Assembly (NCBI RefSeq): GCF_964194155.1
Contig: NC_135901.1
Coordinates: forward strand, 8,618,001 to 8,682,000
Direction: 5' to 3'
Length of the DNA: 64,000 nt
DNA from: Cetorhinus maximus
Lineage: Eukaryota
Of this stretch, positions 36,793-49,873 are shown piece after piece. Below the pieces are notes generated by a model. That model was not told the origin of the DNA, did not search any database, and saw nothing but the letters and a program-made list of their open reading frames with translations. Numbering within the stretch: the stretch's first letter is position 1; the number at the start of each line of letters is the position of its first letter. Made by a program: the position numbers and the translations under genes.

Positions 36793-37810
36793 TGGTAAAA
36801 TGGAAGTTCCATGGACAAGGGGGATATTGGATGGGAAGCACAATGAAAGGTTCAGACACTTTATTGAATACTCACAGCAGAAGCACATTAATCTGATCGG
36901 AGATCACTTCCACACGAGCAGCCAGCGGAGTGGAGCATCTTGAGATTCCGGTCCCTTTCCAGTCAGTATTCACAGGAGCTGGGACATGGAAAAGAGTCTC
37001 AGTAAAATCTAGAATTTATTTGTTCACTGTTTTACAATGGGTCTGGGCGCACACTCGAAGTTTGTGCAGCCTGTGACTCCCTGGGATTATTAATCCTCCC
37101 CCTCCAAACCCTTTGGGCTCTCTATTGTTGGACTCTATTGTTTTTCAATGTCCTCCTGCCCTTGTTGTACCTGATCCAATAAAAACCCTCCTTACATCAC
37201 ACAGGGAACAGCTTTAGACATGTTCTGACTTTTCACCTCAATCTTATTCTGCTGAATGATCTCACTGACCGTTCCCTTTCTCTCGATCCGTCCGTCCACC
37301 ATCTCTTTTCTGGATTTCACTCCTTCTTGTTGTTCCAGGATTTCATCTCTATGTCTTTTATTTCTTTTACTGAAGATTCCTGTCCATTGCTGCCTCACAG
37401 CCTCGTCCTGTTCCGACATATTCTCCATGTCTAAGTGCTTCCCAGCGGCCGTGCCAGCCGTGGCCCCTATTCCAGCCCAGTCACTGATCCCTCTCTTCCC
37501 TCCACCCTTTTTACTGGTGTCACTATCACAGGGACGATTGCGGTGTTTTCCCAAAACTGCCTTAACACCGGGGTCTTGGCTACTGGGTGATCATAGTCCA
37601 CCCATCTCTCTCCCTGCATTCTGACTTATGAAATTCCTGGATAATTCCCTTATCATCTGAACATCAAGGTCCTTGTAGATGGGATGACATAACCTTGGGG
37701 ACGGGTGTGTGGTGTTCAGGGCACGTATTACAGGAACTATTTTAAATCTTGTATCATTATATAGGCTTTGTGAGTACGGGTGATGATTAATCCATTTGTG
37801 GGACCAATTT
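36793..37810 (-). mobile_element. Probable endogenous retrovirus 3' end: env remnant, polypurine tract, ~300 bp LTR
   Basis: GGKR|GISDWAGIGATAGTAAG furin/fusion-peptide-like sequence; PPT ggagggggagga 37094-37105; AATAAA near 36860; end ttttacca at 36793. Confidence 0.55.
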
Positions 37811-37814
37811 CTTA

Positions 37815-38975
37815 TGGCAGGACAGATTGAGGGGTAGTTAGGGAAATATCTGGGATCTTGGGCTTCATAAATAGAGGAACTGAGTATAAAAACAGGGAAG
37901 TGCACCAACAGAGTTGTCCTGATCTGGAAATCTCTCCCTGAAAAGGTGCTGGAACCTGATTCTATGTTTAGACTCCACCTGCTTGTCCTAGATTCCCCAA
38001 CCAGTGGAAATAGTTCCTCTCTATCTACCCTCTCAGTTCCAATCAATAACCCAAAAACTTTGATCAAATCACCTCTTAATCTTCGAAATTCCAGGGATTA
38101 CAACCCTCACAGTATTTTAGCAGGAGGAATAGGGAGGGGAAGATATAATTCATGGCACAGATCTAAAGAATGTGAATGGACAGAAGGACCTGGAGCTGCA
38201 TGTTCTTTGATCTCTGAAGGTGACAGGATGTATTAAGAGAGTAGTTAGCACAGCAGATTGGATCTTGAGCTACATAAATAGTGGTATTGAGAACAAAAAC
38301 AGGGAAGTTATGCTGAATCTTTATAAAGCTTTGGTTAGGCCAGAATTCAAGAATTGCATTCAGTTCTGGTCACCTCACTTTAGCAAGGGTGTGAAGGTCC
38401 TTGAGAAAAGTGCAGAGGAGATTTACCAGAATGGTTCCTGCAAAGGAGGTTGAGGGCAGATTGGTAGAGGTGTACAAGATTATGACAGGTTTAGATAAGG
38501 TGGACAAAGAAAAGCTGCACCCATCAGCTGATTGTACAAGGACTCAAGGACAGAGGTTTAAGATTTTGGGTAAAAGGTATGGGAGGTGTGAGGAAGAATA
38601 TTTTTACACAGTGAATGGTAATGAGCTCGAATTTGCTGTCTATGAGGGAGGTGGAAATGGACATGATGAATGATTTCAAAAGGAAATTGGATAGATGCTC
38701 GAGGGAAATAAACTTGCAAAGATACAGGGATACAGAAGGGGAATGGGGCTGATTGGATTGTTCTAGAGATCTGGCATGAACTCAATGGGCCGAATGGCCT
38801 CCTCTGTGCCATAATGACTGTGGCTTTTTTGAGTAATCTCATTCTGTAATTTATCCCTTGGGGCTCAGATATCACGCAGGTAAATCAGTGTTACACTCCC
38901 TTCAAGACCTTTCTATCCTTCCTGATGTTTGTTGCCCAGAACTAAACATTGTTCTCCAGGTGTGCTGTAACCAGG
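37815..38975. mobile_element. Nested CR1 fragments
   Basis: VMLNLYKALVRP..CIQFWSP (+) and VDREELFPL (-). Confidence 0.8.
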
Positions 38976-39350
38976 GTTTGTGTGTCTCAGCATTTTTCCA
39001 GTCACACCTGAAATCTTCTCCCATAGACAGTTCAGACAAAGCTTTTCCTTCCCACATTCAAAGAGCGATGATATTCAGGTCCGGATGAAACGAGTGACTC
39101 TGTCAGGTCTTGATGTGATATTTGGTTTGAGTCTCCCGTCTGTCAATCCTCCACTTCCAGTAACCTGCAAGTTTACGGAAACCATCACTGTAAATCCAGG
39201 ATAGAAATTGAAGAGAGAAACATTTCTTTTGATTTAGTTTGCTGTGTGTAAATCCTCCCCTTCTCACCCCCTGTAAAAGGAGTTTCCAAAAATCCATCCC
39301 TGTCAGTCAAGGATAGAAATACACAATATTCTCTCCTCCTGCTGACAGGC
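38976..39350 (-). pseudogene. ZNF relic: duplicated acceptor modules and leader, finger array missing
   Basis: Leader gagactcaaaccaaatatcacatcaagacctgacagagtcac..tgaatatcatc; paralogous to 47031-47392. Confidence 0.7.
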
Positions 39351-39354
39351 ATAT

Positions 39355-39760
39355 GGATAACCGCGCATGCGCCCTGCTGCACATTGGCCACTATAAAGAT
39401 GGCGGCCGTTAACCCGGGCCTGTGACCCAGAGGAGTTCAAGCGATCTCGCCCCGTCCCGGGTAAACAGGACCGGTAGTTTCTTAGTCGGGGTTTGAGGCC
39501 TCCACCGAGTATTTATGAAGCCTCTCCGCCCACTCTCCTCGCTCTAATCCTCTCCACCTACCCAGCGGCTCCATTAGTCAACCGCAGTCCATTATTTCTC
39601 GCTTCTCCGGCTAACGCCAGGCACAATCTGCACTGCGCATGCCCTAGTCAGAGACCGCATTGCGCATGCTCCGGTTATGCCCAGCAGTGCGCATGCGCAG
39701 GAAGCTCCTGTGGTCTGGATAGGATACATTCTACCCCGCGGAGAATGCTGGGTAAACATC
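39355..39760. promoter_or_regulatory. CpG-rich promoter
   Basis: Four (t)gcgcatgc NRF1 motifs, aagatggcggc YY1, attgg, ZNF143-like gaatgctgggtaa. Confidence 0.7.
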
Positions 39761-40164
39761 CCACCATTGAAAGATGGTCCTGTTGAAAATTATACTCTTT
39801 GTTTTCCGATTTCGGTTGGAGCCATTAGGGCAAAGATGTAAACTTATTAAAATCAAATCAGCTAACCTGCTCCTCGCTAATAAGAATGTTCTGATTGTGC
39901 AACAGATCCTTTGAACTTTTAAAGCTCGAGTGCTAGCAGGTGGGAAAATAGAATAACTCCCTCCGCACAAGTGAAGTATCTGAATGGTGTTCCTCCAGTG
40001 TGACTGAGCTGTTGTGTCAATAAATGGGATAACCGAGAGAATCCATTTCCACATTCAGCTGGTGAATGATATTTTGTGGTGAGATTTTACTCATGAGTTT
40101 CAAGCTCAGACAAGGATCCAAAACTCTTATGATAATGAGATCCACACTCTTAACATTATCCAGT

Positions 40165-40395
40165 TAAAGAAAAGCAAAATACTGCAGATGCTGGAAATCT
40201 GAATAAGCAACAACAAAAAATAGTTAACACATCTGGTAACATTTTTGGAAAGGGAGGCATAGTTTACATTTAAGGTCTATAACCTTTCATCCTAACTGCA
40301 CCACATCAGTTCATAGACCTGAAACGTTAAGTCTGTTTATCAATCTCCAGATGCTGCCAGATATGCTGAGTACTTCCAGCATTTTCTGTTTTATC
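40165..40395. mobile_element. Older palindromic mini-Penelope
   Basis: aaatactgcagatgctggaaatctg .. gaaacgttaa .. gatgctgccag .. ccagcattttctg. Confidence 0.65.
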
Positions 40396-41211
40396 TCTGG
40401 TTAAGGAAGTTGCTGCTGAATTGCACATTAGATTTATTACTGACTAAGTTATATTTATTTTCGACCTTGGCAAATGGAAATTCTTCCACTTATCAACCCT
40501 GTAAAAACACTTTTGTTATCTTAAATTCCTTGATCAGGTCACCCCTCACTCACTTTCCCAGAGAAAACATTTCCACCCTGTTCAAACTTTCTTGGTAGGT
40601 ATAATCCTTCAGTTACAGCAACACTCCAGTAACTTATTCTTGCATCTTCTCCAGTCCTTATAATATGGAGACCTGGGCTAATCTGAGCAGCAAATGCACC
40701 ATTGTCCCCAAATGCCCGTATGTTGCAGCATTTTAGTCATTTTCCCATGAGCTGAATAAAAGATTGGATGGGCCGAGCAGATCCAACAAGCCAGCCTGTA
40801 ACACTATGGAGTCTCTACTCCTTACAGTGAAGCAGTTGGCCATTTCACTCTTAATTCTTCAATTATGACATGCAGAATAGCGTGTCTGAGAATGACAAGA
40901 TTTGAGCATGGTGACAGTAGGTCAGGTTAAGTTCAGTTAATGATTGCTGAACAGTGATAGGGGGAACTTGCAATTAATGTGCACCTTCATTGTGCATTTT
41001 CCAGATTAAAATGAATTGATCTTAGCCTTGAGTATATTCATAAGCAGCAATCAGACGAGTGACCAAGTAATCGTGTATTTTTGGTGTGTTAGTTAAAACA
41101 TGAATGTTGGTCCCACCGCACCAGGAGAACTCCCATGTGGACAGTACGTGGAGCTGAAAACTCTTGTGTTCATTTAGAACCTTTCACGCCCTCAGAACAG
41201 TGGGGGATTGG

Positions 41212-41668
41212 GGAGGCAGTGGCATTGTGATGGGACTAGTAATCCAGAGACCCAGGGTAATGCTCTGGGAACTTGGGTTCAAATCCCACCAAAGCAGATG
41301 GTGCAATTTGAATTCAATTAAAATCAGGAATTAAAAGTCCAATGACAACCATGAAACCATTGTTGATTGTCGTAAGATCCCATCTGGTTCATTGATGCCC
41401 TTCAGGGAAGGAAATCTGCCGTCCTTACCTGGTCTGGCCTACATGAGACTCCAGACCCACAGCAAGGTGGTTGACTCTTAAATGCCCTCCGAAATGGCCT
41501 AGAAAGCAACTCAGTTGTATTAAAACCACTAAAAACAAGTCAGCATTGTTGGTGTACCTACACCACATGGATTGCAGTAGTTCAAGAAGGCAGCTCAACA
41601 CCACCTTCTCAAGGGCAATGAGGGATGAGCAATAAATCCCACACACATCACATGAATGTATAAAAAAA
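41212..41668 (+). mobile_element. tRNA-derived SINE
   Basis: gggttcaaatccc B-box; same body and tail as 21682 copy. Confidence 0.8.
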
Positions 41669-41669
41669 A

Positions 41670-42040
41670 TGTATCAATAATCAGGACACTGTTACATTAA
41701 TAATCAGAATCCTATTGCATGAATAATGAGGATCCTCAATGCTTGGGTTCCTATTATATTAATGATCAGAGTCCAATTACTTTAAGATTCAGGATTCCAA
41801 CACATTAATAATCAGGATATTATTACATTGATAGTCTGGTGCCTATTGCATCAACAATCGGGATCGTCTTATATAAATTATGTAAATATTAATAATCAGG
41901 ATTCTATTACATTAATAATCAGAATCTAATTACATTAATTACATGGTTCCTACTGCATTAATAATCAGCTGCCTATTGCTTCAATAATCAGGAAGTTATT
42001 GCAATTATCATTATGCTAATACATTAATAATCAAAATTAT
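41670..42040. repeat. AT-rich minisatellite (~26 bp)
   Basis: Recurring attacattaataatcagga. Confidence 0.85.
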
Positions 42041-42044
42041 TTCA

Positions 42045-43150
42045 ATTATGATAGAAAGGTAGGTAGGAAGCTAAGTTGTGAAGAGGACATAAGGAGGCTA
42101 CAAAGAGACACGGATAGGTTAAGTAAGTGGGCAAAGATCTGGCAAATGGAGTATAATGTGGGCAAATGTGGAATTGACCATTTTGGCAGGAAGAATAAAA
42201 GAGAAGCATATTACATAAATAGTGAGAGATTGCAGAGCTCTGAGATTCAGAGGGATCTGGGTGTCCTAGCGCAGGAATCACAAAAGGCTTGTTTGTAGGT
42301 ACAGCAAGTAATTAGGGAAGCTAATAGAATGTTATCATTTAGTGTGAGGGGAATTGAGTACAAAAGTAGGAAGGCTATACTTCATTGTACAGGACACTGG
42401 TGAGATCATATCTGGAGTACTGTGTATAGTATTGATCTCCTTATTTAAGGTAGAATCTAAATGCTTTATAAGCAGTTCAGGGAAGGTTTACAAAACTAAT
42501 ACCAGGAATAGACGAGTTGTACTGTGAGGAAAGACTGGACAGGCTAGGCTTGTATCTGCTAGAGTTTAGTAGAGTAAGAGGCAACTTGATGGAAGCATGT
42601 AAAATGTTGAGGGGTCTTGACAGGGTGGCTGTGGAGAGGATGATTCCACTTGTCAAGAACTAGGGGTCATTGTTTAAAAATAAGGGGCCACCCATTTAAG
42701 ACAAAAATGAGAAGAATTTTTTTTCTCGCAGAGGCTTGAGAGTCTTTGGGACTCCCTCAAAAGGCAGTGGAAGCAGAGTCTTTGAATGTTTTCAAGGGGA
42801 GGTAGATATATTCTTTATAAATAAGGGGTTGAAAGGATATCTGGCGTAGGCGAGAGGTTACAGTCAGAACAGCCATGATTTATTGAATGGTGGAGCAGGC
42901 TCAAAGGGCCGAGTGGCCTATTCCTGCTCCAAACCCAAGCACAAAGACTTGGGTGTATATATGCATAGATCATTGAAGGTAGCAGGGCAGGTGGAGAGAG
43001 CAGTTAATCAAGCATATAGCACCCTGGGCTTTATTAACAAGGGTATAGAACACAAGAGCAGGAAGGTTATGCTGAATTTATATAAGACACTCGTTAGACC
43101 TCAGCTGGAATATTGTGTACAGTTCTGGGCACCATATTATAGGAAGGCTT
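42045..43150 (+). mobile_element. CR1 LINE 3' fragments
   Basis: LNLYKTLVRPQLEYCVQFWAP; ggccgagtggcctattcctgctc tail. Confidence 0.85.
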
Positions 43151-43470
43151 GATTGCTTAGCAAGCAGAAAGACACCCAGCAAGGATGACATGCCAGCTGA
43201 ACTGCTCAAGCACGGAAAGTCCCATCTACTGCCTCACCTTCATGATCTCCATCTTCTTGGTTGGAACGTAGGATCCATTCCACAGGACACGTGTGATGCA
43301 AGGATCATCACAATAAACAAGAACAAAGGTGACAGAGGAGATTTCAGCACCTACAGGGACATCTCACTCCTTCACGTCACTGGGAAGACCTGTGCTGGGT
43401 TATGCTTAAAGATGTCATCTACTTGCAGGCCAAGTACATCCAGAAGAACAGTGCAGTTTCTGTGCTTCTG
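43151..43470 (+). mobile_element. RTE-clade LINE RT fragment
   Basis: DDMPAELLKHG..IPQD..DARIITI.KNKGDRGD..YRDISLL..TGK. Confidence 0.7.
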
Positions 43471-43862
43471 GAGAGTGGGAGATGTCTGTCTCACAGGAAT
43501 ACAGCTCACAGTAGTGTGAGACATTTGTTTACTTCCATCGGTCAGTACTTCACCATATGCTGATTTCAGGGGATTAACTTTGGTGATGGTTGGACCATGT
43601 GCCTTTGACTCCATCATCCAAAGCACGGAGGTTTCTATTGGCACAGGCAGTTTGGATTTCTTGTCATAGGCTGATCCAGTGTTTATTTATACAGGATCTC
43701 CCTGTCTTTTGCACAACTGTCGTGGCTACATTCAAGTTATGCAGTGCTCTTGCTGTTGGGTCTCAAACCAGTCTCTGTTGTGGGTTCCACCTTTACCAAA
43801 TGTTGCTGCTGCTGTGTTAGAAATGATTTAACTCAGCGACTTCCAAACTTCATCAATATCAA

Positions 43863-44070
43863 TGAAAGCAAAATACTGCGGATACTGGAGATCTGAAACA
43901 AAAACAGAAAGTGCTTGAAAAACTCAGCAGGTCTGGCAGCATCTGTGGAGACAAAAACACAATTAATGTTTTGAGTTCAACCATCATATTCAACTCGAAG
44001 CGAACTCTGTTTCCCTCTCCATGGATGCTACCAGACCTGCTGAGTTTTTCAAGCATTTTCTCCTTGTGTT
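43863..44070. mobile_element. Palindromic mini-Penelope
   Basis: Inverted arms cttgaaaaactcagcaggtctgg / ccagacctgctgagtttttcaag. Confidence 0.75.
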
Positions 44071-44544
44071 TAATCAATATCAATGTTAATTGATGACACT
44101 TTTATTGATGTCCCTGTAAAATATTTTACTGTTGTGTTTAATGTTCCTTATTAATTTAATTTCATAAAGAAGGTGCAACTGAAGAAGAATGTGCAAGTAA
44201 GTAACAATTGTCAGCAAAGATTAATCAGCACTTTCTAATTGGAGATGTTAATCAGTGGAACCTTTCAGACACTGAATTGTAGATTTTACACCAAAGATCA
44301 ATTTAGGATTGAAGTAAAAGTTCATAATTTTATTACAAATGAGTTTATAATGAGAGATCTTGAGGATTAAGGGGAAAGATCACAGGTTGTATGTTTAAAA
44401 AGGGATACTGCAGCCCTGAAAATCAGCAACATCTGCAGAATATTAAACTTCAGTCACTTATAGTGGTTGTAAACATCAGCAGAAACAAATCAAATCCTGG
44501 ATGAGATTAGCAGCAACAATAGCAGCAAAATCCAACCCCTGTAA

Positions 44545-45219
44545 TCACTTATGAATTTGCTGATGTGTCAGCAGGTGGGATGACCGAGTGTATCCCTTCC
44601 CACACACGGAGCACGTGAATGGCCTCTCCCCAGTATGAGAACGTTCATGTAACAGCAGGCTAAAGGACTGAATGAATCCCTTCCCACACATGGAGCAGGT
44701 GAACGGCCTCTCCCCAGTGTGAGTGCGTTGGTGTGCAGTGAGGCTGGATGACTGTCTGAAGCTCTTTCTACAGTAGGTGCAGCTGAATGGTTTCTCCTCA
44801 GTGTGAATTCGCTGGTGTGTCAGAAGGCTGGATGAATGAGTGAATCCCTTTCCACACACAGAACAGGCGAACGGCCTCTCCCCAGTGTGAACTCGCTTGT
44901 GTGCATTGAGGTCGGATGAACACCTGAACCTCCTTCCACAGTGAGAGCAGCTGAACGGCCTCTCCTCAGTGTGAATTCGCTGGTGTAACTGCAGGCTAAA
45001 TGACCGTGTGAATCCCTTCCCTCACATGGAGCAGCTGAAGGGTCTCTTCCCTGTGTGAATTTGTTGGTGTGCCATGAGGCAGGTTGACTTAGTAAATCCC
45101 TTCCCACACATAGAGCAGGTGAACGGCCTCTCCCCGGTGTGAATGCGTCGATGAGCTTCCAGCCGGGATGGATAATAAAATCCCTTCCCACAGTCCCCAC
45201 ATTTCCAAGGTTTCTCCAT
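44545..45219 (-). pseudogene. ZNF-F, 8 finger units, single nonsense codon (TGT>TGA at 45022-45024)
   Basis: Track ORFs 45022-45219 and 44545-44859 are in frame with no other stop; decayed fingers and leader 45220-45541. Confidence 0.85.
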
Positions 45220-45969
45220 GGTGTGGTGTCTGGCCTTTGTGTCTCCCCAGTTGGATGATCAGTTGAAGCCTCATCCACACAGAAAATACGTGTATGGTTT
45301 CTCCCCACTGTGAATGGTGTGATGTTTTTTGTTAACTGGTTAAAGCTCTTTCCACAGTCAGTGCACTGGAACACTCTCACTCCAGCTGAAATATTCTCCC
45401 ACAGACAGCAGAGAAACATTTCTCCTTCCACATTCAAAGGCTGATGATTTTCAGGTCCTGATGAATGGAAAGACTCAGTTAAATCTTGATGTGAAGTTTT
45501 TATTTAAGTTTCCCGTCTATAAATCCTCCCCTTCCAATATTCTGTAAAAGGAATTTCGAGAATTCTTAATTGTAAGTCCACAATAGAAATTCAAACCAAT
45601 TTTAGTTTCTATGGAACATTTTTCCCCTTCTTGTTCCCCCAAAGCTGTAAATCCCCGTCCCACAGACTCTCCCTCCTCCCTGGGCTGAAATCCAAACCCA
45701 TCTCACCATCTCCACCATTTCTTTCCTCCACCCCCAGTTTACTCCCTCCCTCTCCTCTGCCTGGGTTAATTTCTCCAGCTCCTGTCTGCAGACTGACAAT
45801 AAAATCAAAGAGTCTTATTAAGGTTTTGGGGCCTCCAGCGGGTGTTTCTGAATCCTCCCCGCCCACCTCCCAGGGTTTCCTTCCTTCCCACAGATCAGAT
45901 CCTCATTGATTTGAGCCCAAAGTGTAACCTCTTGTTTATTGTCTCCCCTCCCCCATCCTCTGATGTGAA

Positions 45970-46410
45970 CCATCCTCCGCTCGCTGACCCAGGATGGCGG
46001 CCGTTAACCTGGGCCTGTTCCCGGGAGGGAGAAGCCCCGCAGCTGCAAACCAGGAGCTGACAATTATTCCTCAGGGTTTGCGGATCCACAAAGTGTTTCC
46101 AAATCCTCCCCGTCCAGCCGCCGGCTCCATCGCTCCCTCCCCCCCCGGGCCTGTCACCGCGGGGTAAACACGAGGCCTGGGGCCTACCCCAGAAGTTGAT
46201 CCAGTTCCCAGTCCATCCGCGGTTTCCATTCCTACCCTGTGATCACAATCTCCTCCCGCCTCCCGAACCGTCCGCTCCTCCTCCCTCTGTCACCATGACT
46301 GACACTGAGCATGCTCAGAGCGCACACCCACACTGCACCTGCGCACTAGTCATTGATCGGGGACTTTCTGCAGCGCGGTGTGTTCAGGGTAAACAAGCCG
46401 CCATAGGGAC
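45970..46410. promoter_or_regulatory. CpG-rich, possibly bidirectional promoter between ZNF-F (-) and ZNF-G (+)
   Basis: gatggcggccgttaacc motif shared with 39395; 46176-46348 nearly identical to 13028-13200; gccgccat. Confidence 0.65.
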
Positions 46411-47030
46411 GAGTCAGTGATCATAAAGTTTTTTTTTGTCTGGAATGCACTGCCTGGGAGGGTGGTGGAGGCGAGTTGTCTCACGTCCTTTAAAAAGTAC
46501 TTGGATGAGCACTTGGCACATCATAACATTCAAGGCTGTGGGACAAGTGCTGGTAAATGGGGGTAGGTCAGGTGTTTCTCACGTGTTGGCGCTGACTCGA
46601 TGGGCCGAAGGGCCTGTTCTGCACTTTGTGATTCTGTGATTAAGCTCCACCCTGCATTTTCTCTATTCTACTAATGCCTCCGCTGATTTGCTCCCCTTGT
46701 ACCTGCTAAAATCCTCTCTTTTCCTTCTCATCGTATCCTGAATATCTCTGGTCATCCATGGTTCTCTGGGCTTGTTACTCCTTCTTATCACCCTAGAGGA
46801 AACATGTTGAGCCTGTACCCTTCCCATTTCCTTTTCGAATGCCCCCCACTGCTCTTCTGTAGATTTCCCCACAAGTAGCTGTTCCTAGTCTACCTTGGCC
46901 AGCTCCTGCTTTATTTTACTAAAATCTGCTCTCCCCCAATCCAAAACATTTTTTTTTTGCAACTTGTCTATTTTGTCCAAAACAAGCTTAAATTGTACCA
47001 TGTTGTGGTCACTATCACTAAAATGCTCCC

Positions 47031-47392
47031 CACATGCGCGTTCATCCCTTTCCCTGTCAGCAGGAGGAGAGTATATTGTGCATGTCTATCCTGGACTGAC
47101 AGGGATGGATTTTGAAAACTCTTTTTACAGGGGGTTAAAAGGGGAGGATTTACACACACCAAACGCAAACCAAGAGAAATGTATTTTTCCTCTCAATGTC
47201 TATCCTGGACTGACAGTCATGGATTTTGGAAATTTCTTTTCCAGGGTATTAGAGGCAGAGGATTGACGGACGGGAAACTCAAACCAAACATCACATCAAG
47301 ATCTGACAGAGTCATTTGATTCATCAGGACCTGAATATCATCAAACTTTTAACGTGGAAGGTAAACAACTTATCTGTGTGCAAAGATTTCAA
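47031..47392 (+). pseudogene. ZNF relic: two tandem acceptor modules and leader, cut by CR1
   Basis: tctatcctggactgacag..cag occurs twice; leader NSNQTSHQDLTESFDSSGPEYH. Confidence 0.7.
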
Positions 47393-49592
47393 GTAAGGGT
47401 AAGAATAATTAATTAGGGGAAAGCCAACTTCAATGGGGTAAGAATGGATCTGACCCAGGTAAGTTGGAATTTCAAAGGGAATGGAGTTTAAAAATCGGGA
47501 AGTCTTGCTCAAACTAGATAAGGCACTAGTTGGACCACACCTAGAATACTGTGAACAGTTTTGGTCCCCTTTTCTAAGCAAAGATATACTGGCATTGGAG
47601 GCAGGCCAGAGAAGGCTCTCGAGGTTGATCCTGGGTATGGATGGATTTTTTTATGAGGAGAGGTTGAGTAGGCTGGGCCTGTACTCAGTGGAGTTTAGAA
47701 GTGTGAGAGGCGACCTTATTGAAACATATAAGATTCTTAGGGGTCTTGACAGAGTAGATGCTGAATGGGAGAGTATAGAAATAGGGGGCATAATCTCAGA
47801 GTAAAGGGTCGCTCATTTAAGACAGAGACAACGAAGAATTTCTTCTCTCAGTGGGTAGTGAATCTGGAATTCTTTACCGCAGAAGGCTGTAGAGGTTGGG
47901 TCGTTAAGTATATTCAAGGCTGAGATAGACAGATTTTTAACCTGTAAGAGAATCAAGGGCTATGCAGGAAAGTGGAGTTGAGGATTATCAGATCAGCTAT
48001 GACCTCATTGAATGCCGGAGCAGATTCGATGGGCCAAATGGCCTACTTCTGCTCCTACATCTTATGGTCTTATGAATCAAAAGTTGGCAGGTGAAACTGT
48101 AACTGAACAATGCACTGCCTTCAAAGAAGAGAGTTCTGACACAGTAAAGATATATTGCCATGAAGGGGAAAGGTAGGGTAAACAAATCCACAGCCCCCTC
48201 GATGAGAAAAGAGATAGAGATTGAGATAAAGGAGAAAAAGTGTGCTTATGACACATGTTAGCTGGATAATAAAACCAAGAACCAGGCTGAATAGAGAAGG
48301 TTCAGAAGGTTTTGGAAAACCAAATAAGAAAAGCAAAGAGAGCATGAAAAGAGACTGAAAGCAAACATGGAAATAAATCAAGAAGTCTTCCGTGGGCATG
48401 TAAATAGTAAAAGAGTGGTAAAAGGAGGAGTGGAGGCAATTAGGGACCAAAGAGGTGATTTAGGCATGGAGGCAGGGGGTATGGATGAGGTATTAAATAA
48501 ATATTTTGTATCTGCCTTTACCAAGGAAAAATATGCTGCACAGGTGATTGTGAAAGAGGAGATAGTTCAGACCCTTGTGGGGTTTAAAATTGATAAGGAG
48601 GAGATATTGGATAGTCTGTCTGACAAAGTTGACAAAGCCCCAGGACTGGATGAGATGCATCCAAGGATACTGAGGGGAAATGAGAGTGGAAATTGTGGAA
48701 ACGCTGGCCATAATTTTCCAGTCTTCCTGAGATTCAGAGTTGCTGACACAGGGACTGGAGAATTGCAAATGTTACACCTTTGTTCAAAAAAGGTGTAAAG
48801 AGAAGCCAAGCTTCTACAGACCAGTCAGTTTAATCTCGGTGCTGGGGAAACTTCCAGAAATGGTAATTCAGGACATATTTAATAGTCACTTGAGAAAATG
48901 TGGGTTAATTAAGGAAAGCCAGCAGTTACTTGTTAAGGGAAAATCACGTTTAACTAAGTTGCTTTAGGTTTTTGATGAGGTCACAGAAAGTGTTGTTCAG
49001 GGTAATGCTGTTAATGTTGTGTAACATGGACTTCCAAATGGCATTAGATAAAGTACCATGCAACAAACTTGTGAGCAAAGATTATAGCTCATGGGATAAA
49101 AGGGACAGCAGCAACATGGATACAAAATTGGCTGAGTGACAGGAAACAGAGAGTCATGGTTAATGGATGTTTTTCAGACTGGAGGAAGGTTAAGAGCGCA
49201 GTTCCCCAGGAGTCAGTGTTCGGACCCGCGCTGTTCCTGATACATATAAATAACCCAGACCTCAGTGTTCAGGCACAATTTTGAAATTTGTGGACAGAGT
49301 CTTGAGTGGGCATAGACCACGTAGCAGGTTCCCTTCCCTGAGATGAGGAAAAATTTCTTCACTCAGAGGGTGGTCAACCTGTGGAATTCTCTACCACAGA
49401 AACCTGTGGAGGCCGGGTCACTGAGTATAGCCAAAGAAGAAATTGATCATTTTTTGGATATTAGGGGCATCAGGGGGATTAGAGAGAAAGCAAGAATATG
49501 GCGTTGAGATAGAGGAACAGCCATGATCATATTGAATGGTGGAGCAGGCTCAAAGGGCTGAATAGCCTTCTCCTGCTCCTAATTTCTATGTT
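47393..49592 (+). mobile_element. Nested CR1 LINE ORF2 fragments
   Basis: KAPGLDEMHPRIL, YRPVSLISVLGK, PQESVFGP; younger 3' end nested at 47467-48072. Confidence 0.9.
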
Positions 49593-49873
49593 TCTGAAGG
49601 ATATTAGTGAACCAGTTGGGTTTTTAGGACAATCCAGCAGTTTTCATGGTCACTTTTCCCTGGTGCCGGCCCCACAAATTACCAGATTCGTTCAGCTCAA
49701 TTTCACAACCTGTTTTTGCGGGTTCTCTCTCACTCCCTTTTTCTGTTTTAAATCAATTTCACAGGGTATTAGAAGGAGAGGATTTGCAGTCGGGAAACAC
49801 AAACCAAACATCACATCAGAACCTGACAGAGTCGCCCAATTTGTCATAACCTAAATATCATTGGATTTTGAAC

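Noticed and set aside
41670-42040. Regularly spaced short repeats resembling a CRISPR array
   Set aside because: Degenerate minisatellite without unique spacers, eukaryotic context, no cas genes
28850-45024. Selenocysteine reading of the in-frame TGA codons (one replaces a finger Cys)
   Set aside because: No SECIS recognised; simple CGA>TGA and TGT>TGA point mutations explain them
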